This document shows, piece after piece, positions 31,097 through 38,925 of a DNA stretch of 47,102 bases. Each line of letters opens with the position of its first letter. The stretch's first letter is position 1. A program made the position numbers and the translations under genes. The stretch lies in IMG/VR virus record IMGVR_UViG_3300034025_000034, positions 1 to 47,102 of that record. One strand, 5' to 3'. The notes under the pieces were generated by a model, which saw nothing but the letters and a program-made list of their open reading frames with translations, searched no databases and had not been told where the DNA came from. The DNA comes from a virus.

Positions 31097-31179
31097 GAAA
31101 TCTGTGGCACAAGTGGCTCGCCTATCGGGCGGACTATCGGCGTTGGATGCAGCACGTCGGCATGGATCAAGAAGCATGA
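31093..31179 (+). CDS. Micro-ORF (28 aa, MRNLWHKWLAYRADYRRWMQHVGMDQEA), ATGA-coupled on both sides
   Basis: The ATG at 31093 overlaps the stop of the RHH gene. Its TGA (31177-31179) overlaps the ATG at 31176 of the next gene. Confidence 0.3.
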   Translation: MRNLWHKWLAYRADYRRWMQHVGMDQEA

Positions 31180-31832
31180 GCGATCAGATCAGAGAAGGCG
31201 GGGTAGAGATACCCGCCGGTATGAAGCTGGTGCCGATCGAGCCGACCGAGCAAATGTATTCCGCGGGCTACGACGCGACACGTCTTGCAGATGGCACGCC
31301 GCAGTTCGCGGACGCCGGGTTCTGCTTAGGCCACGCAGGCAACGTCTACCGCGCCATGCTCGCCGCCTACACCCCGACCCCTTCTCCCGAGATAGCCGAA
31401 CAGCCGATGGGGGAGCATGAGGCGCAGACGGTTGAGCGCATACCGGGTGCGCCGGGTGAGCTTTACGGCAAGATCGGCGTGGCGATGTTCTGCGGCGATG
31501 CGGGCGGTTTGCGGATCGACCACAAGATCAACCTCGTCGGCAACGCGGCTTACGAGTTCTTCGCCCCCACCCCCAAGCCCGCCGGTTCTACGTCCGTAGC
31601 GGGGGAGCGGATAAGCGAGGTGGTGGGCCGGGTTCGCGACGCGGTTGCCGAGTTTATCGAGGTAGCGCGATTGCGAGGCGACAACGATCTGCCGCACCCG
31701 TGCGATGATCCGAAGCTGTGGACGGCACGCATGATCGACGCTTGGGGGGAATTGGAAGCAATCGCCGACGAAGACCCGCTCGCAGCCCTCGCCACCAACG
31801 CGCCCGATGCCGCCAAGCGGGAGAGGCTGTGA
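31176..31832 (+). CDS. Hypothetical protein (218 aa) in a CpG-richer segment
   Basis: The ATG at 31176 is in frame within ORF 31104..31832. Confidence 0.5.
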   Translation: MSDQIREGGVEIPAGMKLVPIEPTEQMYSAGYDATRLADGTPQFADAGFCLGHAGNVYRAMLAAYTPTPSPEIAEQPMGEHEAQTVERIPGAPGELYGKIGVAMFCGDAGGLRIDHKINLVGNAAYEFFAPTPKPAGSTSVAGERISEVVGRVRDAVAEFIEVARLRGDNDLPHPCDDPKLWTARMIDAWGELEAIADEDPLAALATNAPDAAKRERL

Positions 31833-32020
31833 TGGCGGTCAACGATATCGCTGACGACGAGCTTTTGCGACGTGCGGTAGCGGCTCAGCAGCGAGGCAGC
31901 GGGCGTGGAAAGGTCCCGCTGTGGGCGAAGGTGTCAGCCACCTTTTCTCTTGGGTCGACTTATTCGGCGCAGCTTTGTCGGCGGTTTGGTTTTGATCCCA
32001 ACAAACAGGTGAAATCATGA
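31832..32020 (+). CDS. Small HTH-like protein (62 aa)
   Basis: It is TGATG-coupled. The segment VSATFSLGSTYSAQLCRRFGFDP looks like a helix-turn-helix. Confidence 0.4.
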   Translation: MAVNDIADDELLRRAVAAQQRGSGRGKVPLWAKVSATFSLGSTYSAQLCRRFGFDPNKQVKS

Positions 32021-32262
32021 CCGATCCAGCCAATGCCGCGAGCCGTGAAGCGCGGGCAGCGATCGACCGTGCAGCACGCTTCGCCAAGGGCCTTAACACG
32101 ACACCCGAGGAACACGACGACATCATGGTCGCGGTTGACCTTGCGCGCGCGGCCCTCGCCGACGAAGCCGCCAGCCAGTCGCGGGAGGGGGCGTGCCGTA
32201 GCGAAATCGCAAAAGCAATTTGCGAGGCGATGGGCGACGATCCCGCGCGGGAGGGGCCGTAG
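32017..32262 (+). CDS. Hypothetical protein (81 aa)
   Basis: It is ATGA-coupled. Confidence 0.45.
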   Translation: MTDPANAASREARAAIDRAARFAKGLNTTPEEHDDIMVAVDLARAALADEAASQSREGACRSEIAKAICEAMGDDPAREGP

Positions 32263-32359
32263 CAAGACTGGTTTGGCGGTAGCTTATATGCCGTCGCAGC
32301 CGATCGCGTTCTAGCCCTCCACGACACAGCCCCGGCCGATCAGGCGCAGGAGACCACAG

Positions 32360-32653
32360 ATGACTGACAACCTTCCCTCCATCACCGAACTGGCTTCCGA
32401 GCCCCTGCCCGACTTCGCCCCCGTCGACGCCTACGAGCTGCTCAGCAAGCCGACGCTCGAACTCACGGACACCGAGGTCGACATCGTGATCCACGACCTC
32501 CGCCAGCGCCGTGCGCGTTGGGTCAACAGCGGTCAGAAGGCGCCGGACAAACCCAAGGCTGCGAAGGCTAAAGCGGCCAAAGAGAAGCCGACGGATGCCC
32601 TCCGTGCTGCAGCAACGCAGAGCTTGCTCGCCGACCTGAACCTGGACCTTTAG
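32360..32653 (+). CDS. Hypothetical protein (97 aa), acidic N-terminus and Lys-rich centre
   Basis: SD AGGAG lies upstream of the ATG at 32360. Confidence 0.5.
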   Translation: MTDNLPSITELASEPLPDFAPVDAYELLSKPTLELTDTEVDIVIHDLRQRRARWVNSGQKAPDKPKAAKAKAAKEKPTDALRAAATQSLLADLNLDL

Positions 32654-32654
32654 C

Positions 32655-33662
32655 ATGAGCATGGACCATGTACTGCCGGCCAGCGCTGCGCAGCCTGACT
32701 CGCAGTTCCTCCCCAGCACCAAGGTACAGTACGCCTGGGACAGCGTGTCACTGACCAACATCCTTGCCTGTCCGCGCCGCTACAAGTACAGCATCATCGA
32801 GGGCTATGTGCCAAAGGCTCCCGCCTTTGCCATTGCGCTGGTCTTCGGCATATTGTTCCACAAAGGACTGGAGTTCTATCATGTGGCCAGGGCTAAGGGT
32901 GCTGATCACGACGAGGCTATTAAGCTGGCTGTGACGCAAGTCGCTGCTCTCCCGGCCACCGTCACTCTCCCCACGGACGATGACGTGGACGAGATGGCGG
33001 CTGCGCATGATCCTGACGAGGACTCCCCGATCACGTTGCGTAACTCTAAGGTTCGGACGCGATATTATCTGTTTCGTGCTTTGGTATGGTACATGGAGCA
33101 TTACCGTGACGACCCTGTCACCACGCTCATCGGCGTCACCGGCTCCCCCGCCTGCGAGCTGAGCTTCCGCATCCCACTTGAGCTGCCGGGCATCGAGCAT
33201 CCCATCTTGCTCTGCGGGCACATCGACCGAGGCGTTGAGTTTCAAGGAAGCCTTTATGCGAGCGACTACAAGACGAGCAAGGCTCTTGACCGCAGCTTCT
33301 TCGACAGCTTTGAGCTCAGCCACCAGATGTCCGGCTACATCGTCGCCGGTTCGGTTATCTTTGACAGACCCGTCTCAGGTGCTCTCATTGATGGAGTCGC
33401 GTTACAGGTGGGCGGCGTCAAACTGGGGCGCGCTACTACGCGGCGAACTCCCGGACAGGTGGGTGAATACCTACGGACTCTCACCTACGCGGCGAAGCAA
33501 GCCAAGCAGCATCACGACGAAGACAACTATCCCATGAACACCTCAGCTTGCTTCTTCTGCGAGTTCAAGGAGGTGTGCAAGCAAGCGCCAGAGTACAGGC
33601 AGCGCACTCTGGAAATGCTCTATGAACGCAAGCGCGGCTGGAACCCACTGGAGAACAGATGA
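32655..33662 (+). CDS. Cas4/RecB-like PD-(D/E)XK exonuclease with a Cys cluster (335 aa)
   Basis: The nuclease core is GHIDRGVEFQGSLYASDYKTSK (D ... D/E-x-K). The N-terminal Cys (ILACPRRY) plus the C-terminal CFFCEFKEVC are typical of the 4-Cys Fe-S arrangement in Cas4-family nucleases. Confidence 0.75.
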   Translation: MSMDHVLPASAAQPDSQFLPSTKVQYAWDSVSLTNILACPRRYKYSIIEGYVPKAPAFAIALVFGILFHKGLEFYHVARAKGADHDEAIKLAVTQVAALPATVTLPTDDDVDEMAAAHDPDEDSPITLRNSKVRTRYYLFRALVWYMEHYRDDPVTTLIGVTGSPACELSFRIPLELPGIEHPILLCGHIDRGVEFQGSLYASDYKTSKALDRSFFDSFELSHQMSGYIVAGSVIFDRPVSGALIDGVALQVGGVKLGRATTRRTPGQVGEYLRTLTYAAKQAKQHHDEDNYPMNTSACFFCEFKEVCKQAPEYRQRTLEMLYERKRGWNPLENR

Positions 33663-34018
33663 TGTTGTTCGCAGCTTATGGGCTCGACATTCGAGACTTT
33701 CACGACAACATCACCCAGGAAGATTTAGAGCGCTCAGGATATGGGCAAGACTATGACTACTGGGAAGATGTTAGGCAATCCGAGACGAAGGCTGCCGCCC
33801 GGATATATAACCCGCAGCCAAAGGAATATCACATGGCAGATGCACAGCAGGAAAACACTTATCTCGTCAACGAGCTGAACACCAAGGACGATCCCTTCGA
33901 GGTCGTTGCCGCCAAGGTCGAGCACAGCGAGCAGAGCGGCCGGATCATCTTCACCGATCTGGCTGGCGAGATCGTGGCCAGCTTCATCAATGCAACCTTC
34001 CGCAAGCTGCTCAAGTAG
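33659..34018 (+). CDS. Hypothetical protein (119 aa)
   Basis: It is ATGA-coupled to the nuclease gene. Confidence 0.45.
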   Translation: MMLFAAYGLDIRDFHDNITQEDLERSGYGQDYDYWEDVRQSETKAAARIYNPQPKEYHMADAQQENTYLVNELNTKDDPFEVVAAKVEHSEQSGRIIFTDLAGEIVASFINATFRKLLK

Positions 34019-34050
34019 CAGTAAGCGCACTCTCGCCGGAGACCCAGCCT

Positions 34051-34608
34051 ATGACTTCCCCTGCAATGCTCAAGGCGCTTGAGCTTCACACGCCCAAGGG
34101 CGAGCTGCCCGCTAACGCAGAGCCTGAGCAGATCGCTCTCTTCCGCCAGGCCAACCAGCTGCGCGCTTCGCTGCTCGACGACAGCTGGCCTAAGAAGGTC
34201 GCAGCCTTCCGCCGCCTCTATCTGCTCAGCGAGCACAACAATCCCAGCCCTGCCGTACTCAGCACCTCGCGCCAAATGCTACATCGCGCCATGCTCGATG
34301 AGGAGCGTGACGAGACCTTCTATGCTGCGGGCGCGGGCGATCTGAGTGGCACGGTTGACGGGTTGCTTGACTTGATCTATGTTGCCCTTGGTTGGCTGCT
34401 GGAGCTTGGCTTCACGCCGCAGCAGATCGACTTGCTCATGGAAGAGGTCCACGCCAGCAACATGACGAAGACTGACGACCACGGCGCGCCTGTGTTCGAC
34501 ACCAACGGCAAGGTGCTCAAGGGCGACAACTATGTGCGCGAGTCGCTACTCAAGATGGTTGCAGCCTTCAGCGTTGGCTTGAGTGTGGGGGACATCGAGC
34601 ATGGATGA
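34051..34608 (+). CDS. MazG-like all-alpha NTP pyrophosphohydrolase (185 aa)
   Basis: The acidic helix pair reads MLDEERDETFYA ... DGLLDLIYVALGWLLELG ... LMEEVHASNMTK, which fits an EExxE...D-type metal-binding layout. Confidence 0.5.
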   Translation: MTSPAMLKALELHTPKGELPANAEPEQIALFRQANQLRASLLDDSWPKKVAAFRRLYLLSEHNNPSPAVLSTSRQMLHRAMLDEERDETFYAAGAGDLSGTVDGLLDLIYVALGWLLELGFTPQQIDLLMEEVHASNMTKTDDHGAPVFDTNGKVLKGDNYVRESLLKMVAAFSVGLSVGDIEHG

Positions 34609-34738
34609 GGACGAGCTTCGCACGCTGGTTGGGCGTTTAATCCCAGACGCAGTCATCTTCGCCGAAAAGGTGGAGCATGTTGAAGATTTACGCCGTCGAG
34701 CATTGGACATTCTTCGTCCGCTGCTTGGCGCCGCTTAG
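34601..34738 (+). CDS. Small helical protein (45 aa, MDEDELRTLVGRLIPDAVIFAEKVEHVEDLRRRALDILRPLLGAA)
   Basis: The ATG at 34601 overlaps the MazG-like stop. The sequence is far more protein-like than the overlapping 5' end of ORF 34677..35537. Confidence 0.4.
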   Translation: MDEDELRTLVGRLIPDAVIFAEKVEHVEDLRRRALDILRPLLGAA

Positions 34739-34751
34739 AAGGAACTTCCCT

Positions 34752-35537
34752 TTGCCAACCCTTGACCAGCACCCCAGCAACGACATCGTAAAGCTCATGA
34801 ACTGCGCTGACTCCGGTGCAGGTAAGAGCGGCGCATTGGCTTCCCTGCTCGACGAAGGCCTACAGGTCCGTGTCTTGGACTTCGACAACGGCCTGTCCAC
34901 AGTGGCAGGCTATGTCAAGGACAAGAGCAAGCTCAAGAACCTGACCTATGTCACCCTGCAGGACAAACTCAAGCTCACCGGCAGTATCGTGGGTATCCAG
35001 AAAGCCTCCGCCTTCCAGCGCGGCATGGATGCTCTCGACGGCAAGGCAGATGCTTGGGACGGCATCACGCTGCCAGCCGTCACAGAGTGGACACCCGAGC
35101 ACGTGCTTGTGCTCGACACGCTTTCGATGGCTGGCCGTGCCAGCTTGCAGATGGTCATGCAGATGAACGGTAAGGGCTTCTCGGCCCCCGAGCTTCAGCA
35201 CTATGGCACGGCTATGGAGAACATCGAGAAGTTGGTGGCGATCCTCACCAGCTCTGCCGTCAACTGCCACGTCATCATCAACACGCATCTGACCAGCGTG
35301 GAGGGTACGGCCAAGCTCTACCCCGAGGCGCTGGGCAGCAAGCTCGGCCCCAAGCTGGGCAAATATTTCGACAACATGATTACCCTCGGGGTCACTGGCG
35401 GCTCGCGCACGTTCAAGACGGTCAAGGACGGCCTGTTTGCGTGCAAGACCGCCAAGCCCCTGAAGGACACCTATCCCCTGGAGACTGGCCTCGCTAGCAT
35501 CTTCAAGGATTTGACCGGCAAGCAGAAGCTAGTCTAA
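34752..35537 (+). CDS. Sak4-like RecA-fold ATPase (single-strand annealing/recombination accessory; about 261 aa)
   Basis: It has Walker A NCADSGAGKSG and Walker B HVLVLDTLS. I preferred the TTG at 34752 with AAGGAA 8 nt upstream. The alternative is the ATG at 34677. Confidence 0.65.
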   Translation: MPTLDQHPSNDIVKLMNCADSGAGKSGALASLLDEGLQVRVLDFDNGLSTVAGYVKDKSKLKNLTYVTLQDKLKLTGSIVGIQKASAFQRGMDALDGKADAWDGITLPAVTEWTPEHVLVLDTLSMAGRASLQMVMQMNGKGFSAPELQHYGTAMENIEKLVAILTSSAVNCHVIINTHLTSVEGTAKLYPEALGSKLGPKLGKYFDNMITLGVTGGSRTFKTVKDGLFACKTAKPLKDTYPLETGLASIFKDLTGKQKLV

Positions 35538-35588
35538 ACCGATCTTGCGCAAGCAAGCTGCGCCACCGGACGCTTTCCGGCACATCTG

Positions 35589-35630
35589 TGCACCTGCACC
35601 TCTGCACCTGCACCTATTAAGAAAGCACCT
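35589..35630 (+). repeat. TGCACC hexamer array (4 tandem copies plus 1 nearby GCACCT)
   Basis: TGCACC occurs at 35589, 35595, 35603 and 35609, so the 14-mer tgcacctgcacct(c) is duplicated. GCACCT occurs at 35625. The array lies directly upstream of the ATG at 35634. Confidence 0.7.
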
Positions 35631-35633
35631 ATC

Positions 35634-36083
35634 ATGGGTATTTTTGACGATCTCGCCAACACCAAGCTCAACGACGTCGAGCGCCCGAAGAACATTCCCG
35701 AGGGCCACTATCTGGCGATGTTCGGCGGCATGTGGGCCGAGAACAAGGCGAAGACTGGCAACGTCAGCGCACGTTTCCCCTTGCGTCTCGTAGCGCCGCA
35801 GGACGATGTGGACGCCGAGGAGCTAGCCCAGGCTGGCGGCTTGCCGGCTCAGGACAAGCAGAAGTACACGTTCGACTTCTGGCTGAGCCCTGAGAGCCTC
35901 TATCGCTTCACCGAGTTCGCCAAGGCGATGGGCGTGCCGGACAGCATGAACCTCGTCGAGGCGCTCGAGCATGTCGGCACCAGCGGTGACACCTTCGTCA
36001 TCACTGTCAAGCACCGGCCTGACCCGAGGAACCCCGAGAACGTCTATCTGGACTTCTCGCAGCCGGTGCCTGAGGCGAACTAA
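35634..36083 (+). CDS. DUF669-like protein (149 aa), a putative ssDNA-binding partner of Sak4
   Basis: The N-terminal pattern is ...ERPKNIPEGHYLAMFGGMWAENKAKTGNVSARFPLRLV. It lies immediately after the Sak4-like gene, which is a common phage arrangement. Confidence 0.5.
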   Translation: MGIFDDLANTKLNDVERPKNIPEGHYLAMFGGMWAENKAKTGNVSARFPLRLVAPQDDVDAEELAQAGGLPAQDKQKYTFDFWLSPESLYRFTEFAKAMGVPDSMNLVEALEHVGTSGDTFVITVKHRPDPRNPENVYLDFSQPVPEAN

Positions 36084-36116
36084 CTTGGCCTGGGCCGCAA
36101 GGCCCTAGCTACCGGA

Positions 36117-36144
36117 GGCAGGGGATGCCTATCATGCCCCTGCC
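36117..36144 (+). terminator. GC-rich hairpin after the DUF669-like gene
   Basis: ggcagggg (36117-36124) pairs with cccctgcc (36137-36144). A smaller gggcc-gcaa-ggccc hairpin lies at 36092-36105. There is no U tract. Confidence 0.3.
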
Positions 36145-36172
36145 CGAGGATAGCTACTAAGGAGCCTTTTGC

Positions 36173-37624
36173 ATGTCGCATGATTTCCCCGTTCGTCTGT
36201 GGCCGGTCGCCGAGGTCCTGATCCCTGAAGCGCGGCAGCGCACCAAGGCTGAGGCGGATGCCTCGCTGGTCGCCAGCATTGAGCGCGATGGTCTGATCAA
36301 CCCGATCCTTATCCATCAGGACGGAACCTTGGTCGCGGGCGAGCGCCGGCTGGACGCGCATCGCAAGCTGCAGCTGCCCAACATTCGCGTCACCATCATG
36401 GAGCAGCTACCGGCGGACACTGCCTTCCGCCTTGAGTTGGTCGAGAACCTAGCGCGCAAGCAGCTGCCTTGGCAAGACGAGGTTGCTGCGCTGGCAGCTT
36501 ATCACAAGCTGCGCATGGAGACTGTCGGCCCAGCATGGACGCAGAAGGGCACGGCCAATGATCTGGGCGTCGGTGACAGTAAGATCAGCGAAGCCTTGCA
36601 GATCGCAGCACAGCTAGATGATGCGGACGTGCGGGCCTGTCCGACGCAGACCGGCGCGCTGAACCTTATCCGCGGGCGAGCCGAGCGCGCGCTGATTGCA
36701 GCCAAGAGTCGAGGGCTTGTAGTCTCGGCCTCTGTGATGGAAAGCCTTGTGCCCAGCCTTCCGGCTAACGCCACCAAGGAGGAGCGCACGAAGGCTATGC
36801 TCGACAGCATTGACCTGGGCGAAGACATTGAGCAAGTGGTCAGCGAAGCAGACAAAATCGACCAGCTGCTGGAAGCTGGGGCGGAAGCTATGGCTTTGCT
36901 CAATGCGGATCACGCCGCATCAGCCGTCAACGACTTGGTCATCAACGCAGACTTTCTGGAGTGGGCAAGTGAATATACTGGACCAAAATTTGACGTGCTG
37001 CACATCGACTTCCCTTACGGCAAGGGGTATAGCGGGAGTAACACTCGCAGGACAGGCTCCGCCCATATCAATCCTACCTACCTGGACGACCCGGATATAT
37101 ACTTCCAGCTGGTCGACGGTCTCATGGCGGTACAAGATAACGTGGCCTTTCCTGCCGCCCATTGCATATTCTGGTTTGACATGCAATACTACCAATGGAC
37201 TGTTGATCGCTTCACAGCATCAGGATGGAGTTTGGTTCAGCCTTACCCTCTCCTCTGGACTAAGGGTTATACCGGCGTGGCTGCAGATACCCGACGCCGC
37301 CCTCGTCACTGCTATGAGACTGCCCTCATGTTCGCTCGCGGAGACCGCAAGATCAGCAAGCTGCAGAACGATCACGTCGAGTGCGCGCTCGAAGACACCA
37401 AGCTCCACATTAGTCAGAAGCCGGTTGCTATGCTCAAGCATTTCCTCCAGCTGGTGGTCGATGAGCACACGGCAATCCTGGACCCCACGTGTGGCTCTGG
37501 TAGCGCCTTGGCAGCTGCGATACAGCTCAAAGCCGCTCGCGTATTGGGTATCGAGCTAGACGCGAACAATGCGGAAGTCGCTCGCTTTCTGATCCAGCGT
37601 AAGGGGCAAGCAGATGCAGCGTGA
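36173..37624 (+). CDS. ParB-like nuclease domain fused to a DNA methyltransferase (probable N6-adenine; N4-cytosine not excluded) (483 aa)
   Basis: SD TAAGGAG lies upstream. The N-terminus has the ParB/Srx motif LINPILIHQDGTLVAGERRLDAHRKL. The C-terminus has motif IV HIDFPYG followed later by motif I ILDPTCGSGSA, which is the beta-class order. Confidence 0.85.
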   Translation: MSHDFPVRLWPVAEVLIPEARQRTKAEADASLVASIERDGLINPILIHQDGTLVAGERRLDAHRKLQLPNIRVTIMEQLPADTAFRLELVENLARKQLPWQDEVAALAAYHKLRMETVGPAWTQKGTANDLGVGDSKISEALQIAAQLDDADVRACPTQTGALNLIRGRAERALIAAKSRGLVVSASVMESLVPSLPANATKEERTKAMLDSIDLGEDIEQVVSEADKIDQLLEAGAEAMALLNADHAASAVNDLVINADFLEWASEYTGPKFDVLHIDFPYGKGYSGSNTRRTGSAHINPTYLDDPDIYFQLVDGLMAVQDNVAFPAAHCIFWFDMQYYQWTVDRFTASGWSLVQPYPLLWTKGYTGVAADTRRRPRHCYETALMFARGDRKISKLQNDHVECALEDTKLHISQKPVAMLKHFLQLVVDEHTAILDPTCGSGSALAAAIQLKAARVLGIELDANNAEVARFLIQRKGQADAA

Positions 37625-37922
37625 TGCCATCAACCCCTCGCACTACCGAGACCATCCATCAGGTGTCGAGTGCATAACCATTACGGAGCACATGGGCTTC
37701 CTGCTTGGCAACGCTGTGAAGTACATCTGGCGTGCTGGGCAGAAAGGAGATTACATCGAGGACCTCAAGAAGGCTCGATGGTATCTCGACCGTGAGATCA
37801 GCAACGTAGAAAAGAAGCGAGCAGAACATGCCCCCATCTCTTCCCTGGCCGATGTACAGTCCCGCAGAGAACAGCTCTGGACCCAAACTTGTGCTGCTTG
37901 GCGAAGCGCCTGGAGAAGATGA
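37614..37922 (+). CDS. DUF3310-family protein (102 aa)
   Basis: The sequence INPSHYRDHPSGVECITITEHMGFLLGNAVKYIWRAGQKGDYIEDLKKARWYLDREI matches the NPxHY ... GNAxKY ... DLxKAxxY signature. The 3' 95 nt overlap the next gene. Confidence 0.7.
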   Translation: MQRDAINPSHYRDHPSGVECITITEHMGFLLGNAVKYIWRAGQKGDYIEDLKKARWYLDREISNVEKKRAEHAPISSLADVQSRREQLWTQTCAAWRSAWRR

Positions 37923-38910
37923 AGACAAGGCTGGCGTTCCCTTCGTGGGCGCCAGCGGTCGGTTGCTCAAGCGTGACCTGATGCCCAGCGCTGGGCTGGA
38001 CCCCTCTGATTGGCACATGCTCAATGTCTTTACGTCTCGTCCCCCCAACAACGACCTCAAGCTCTGGACGGCCAACAAGACTGAGCTCAAAAAGCTGGGT
38101 CAAGTCCCGCAGGGCGATCCTCTCAACAAGCGGTTCCTGTTGGCTGAGCATCGCCACCATCTTGCAGAGCTCGACGCACGCTTACGACAGCTTGCGCCTG
38201 ACCTTATTCTCTGCCTTGGGGGTACTGCGCTCTGGGCCATTAGCGGTGATGGCGCAATTGGCACTCACAGGGGTACGTTCTTTCGGTCCAGATACGGTCT
38301 GGCTATCGCAACCTACCACCCCGCTGCAATACTTCGTCAATGGAGCAACAAACCTGTCGCATGGGCAGATATGCGAAAAGTGGCTGCGCATCTAGACGGC
38401 ACGCTAACGCCGCCCCTGCGCCGGCGGTTCTATGTCAACCCAAGCTGGCAGGAGATTGCAGAGGTCTATAGCATCTTTGCGGCCAATCCCAGCTGGATGC
38501 TGGGTGTCGACATTGAGACCTGCCCAGGCATCGACCAGATCACCACCATCAGCTTCTGCACTCCGACGCTCGGCATCTGCATCCCGATTTGGGACAAGAA
38601 CAACGTCAGCGGGGGACACAACTATTGGGCCACTGTGAGCGACGAACGCAAGGCTTGGCGCTGGATCAACCGCTTCGCACAGCTGGCTAATCCCAAGGTT
38701 CTGCAAAATGGGCTGTACGATAGCCAGTACCTACTGGACGCACCTATTGACATTCGTCTCAGACATTGGCAAGATGACGACGCGATTTTGCATCACGCTC
38801 TGCAGCCCGAGTTGCAGAAGTCGCTGGGGTTCCTATCTAGCATCTACCTGAATGAGCCAAGCTGGAAGCAGATGAGAACCTCAAACAAGGACGCGAAAGC
38901 GGACGAATAG
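37828..38910 (+). CDS. DNA polymerase I, N-terminal fragment: family-4 UDG-like domain plus 3'-5' exonuclease motifs Exo I and Exo II (360 aa)
   Basis: The UDG-4 motifs are LLGEAPGEDEDKAGVPFVG and TYHPAAILRQ. Exo I is GVDIETC and Exo II is LQNGLYDSQYLL. The ORF ends at TAG 38908-38910. An alternative start is the ATG at 37852. Confidence 0.85.
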   Translation: MPPSLPWPMYSPAENSSGPKLVLLGEAPGEDEDKAGVPFVGASGRLLKRDLMPSAGLDPSDWHMLNVFTSRPPNNDLKLWTANKTELKKLGQVPQGDPLNKRFLLAEHRHHLAELDARLRQLAPDLILCLGGTALWAISGDGAIGTHRGTFFRSRYGLAIATYHPAAILRQWSNKPVAWADMRKVAAHLDGTLTPPLRRRFYVNPSWQEIAEVYSIFAANPSWMLGVDIETCPGIDQITTISFCTPTLGICIPIWDKNNVSGGHNYWATVSDERKAWRWINRFAQLANPKVLQNGLYDSQYLLDAPIDIRLRHWQDDDAILHHALQPELQKSLGFLSSIYLNEPSWKQMRTSNKDAKADE

Positions 38911-38925
38911 GAGCACAGGGGGCAC

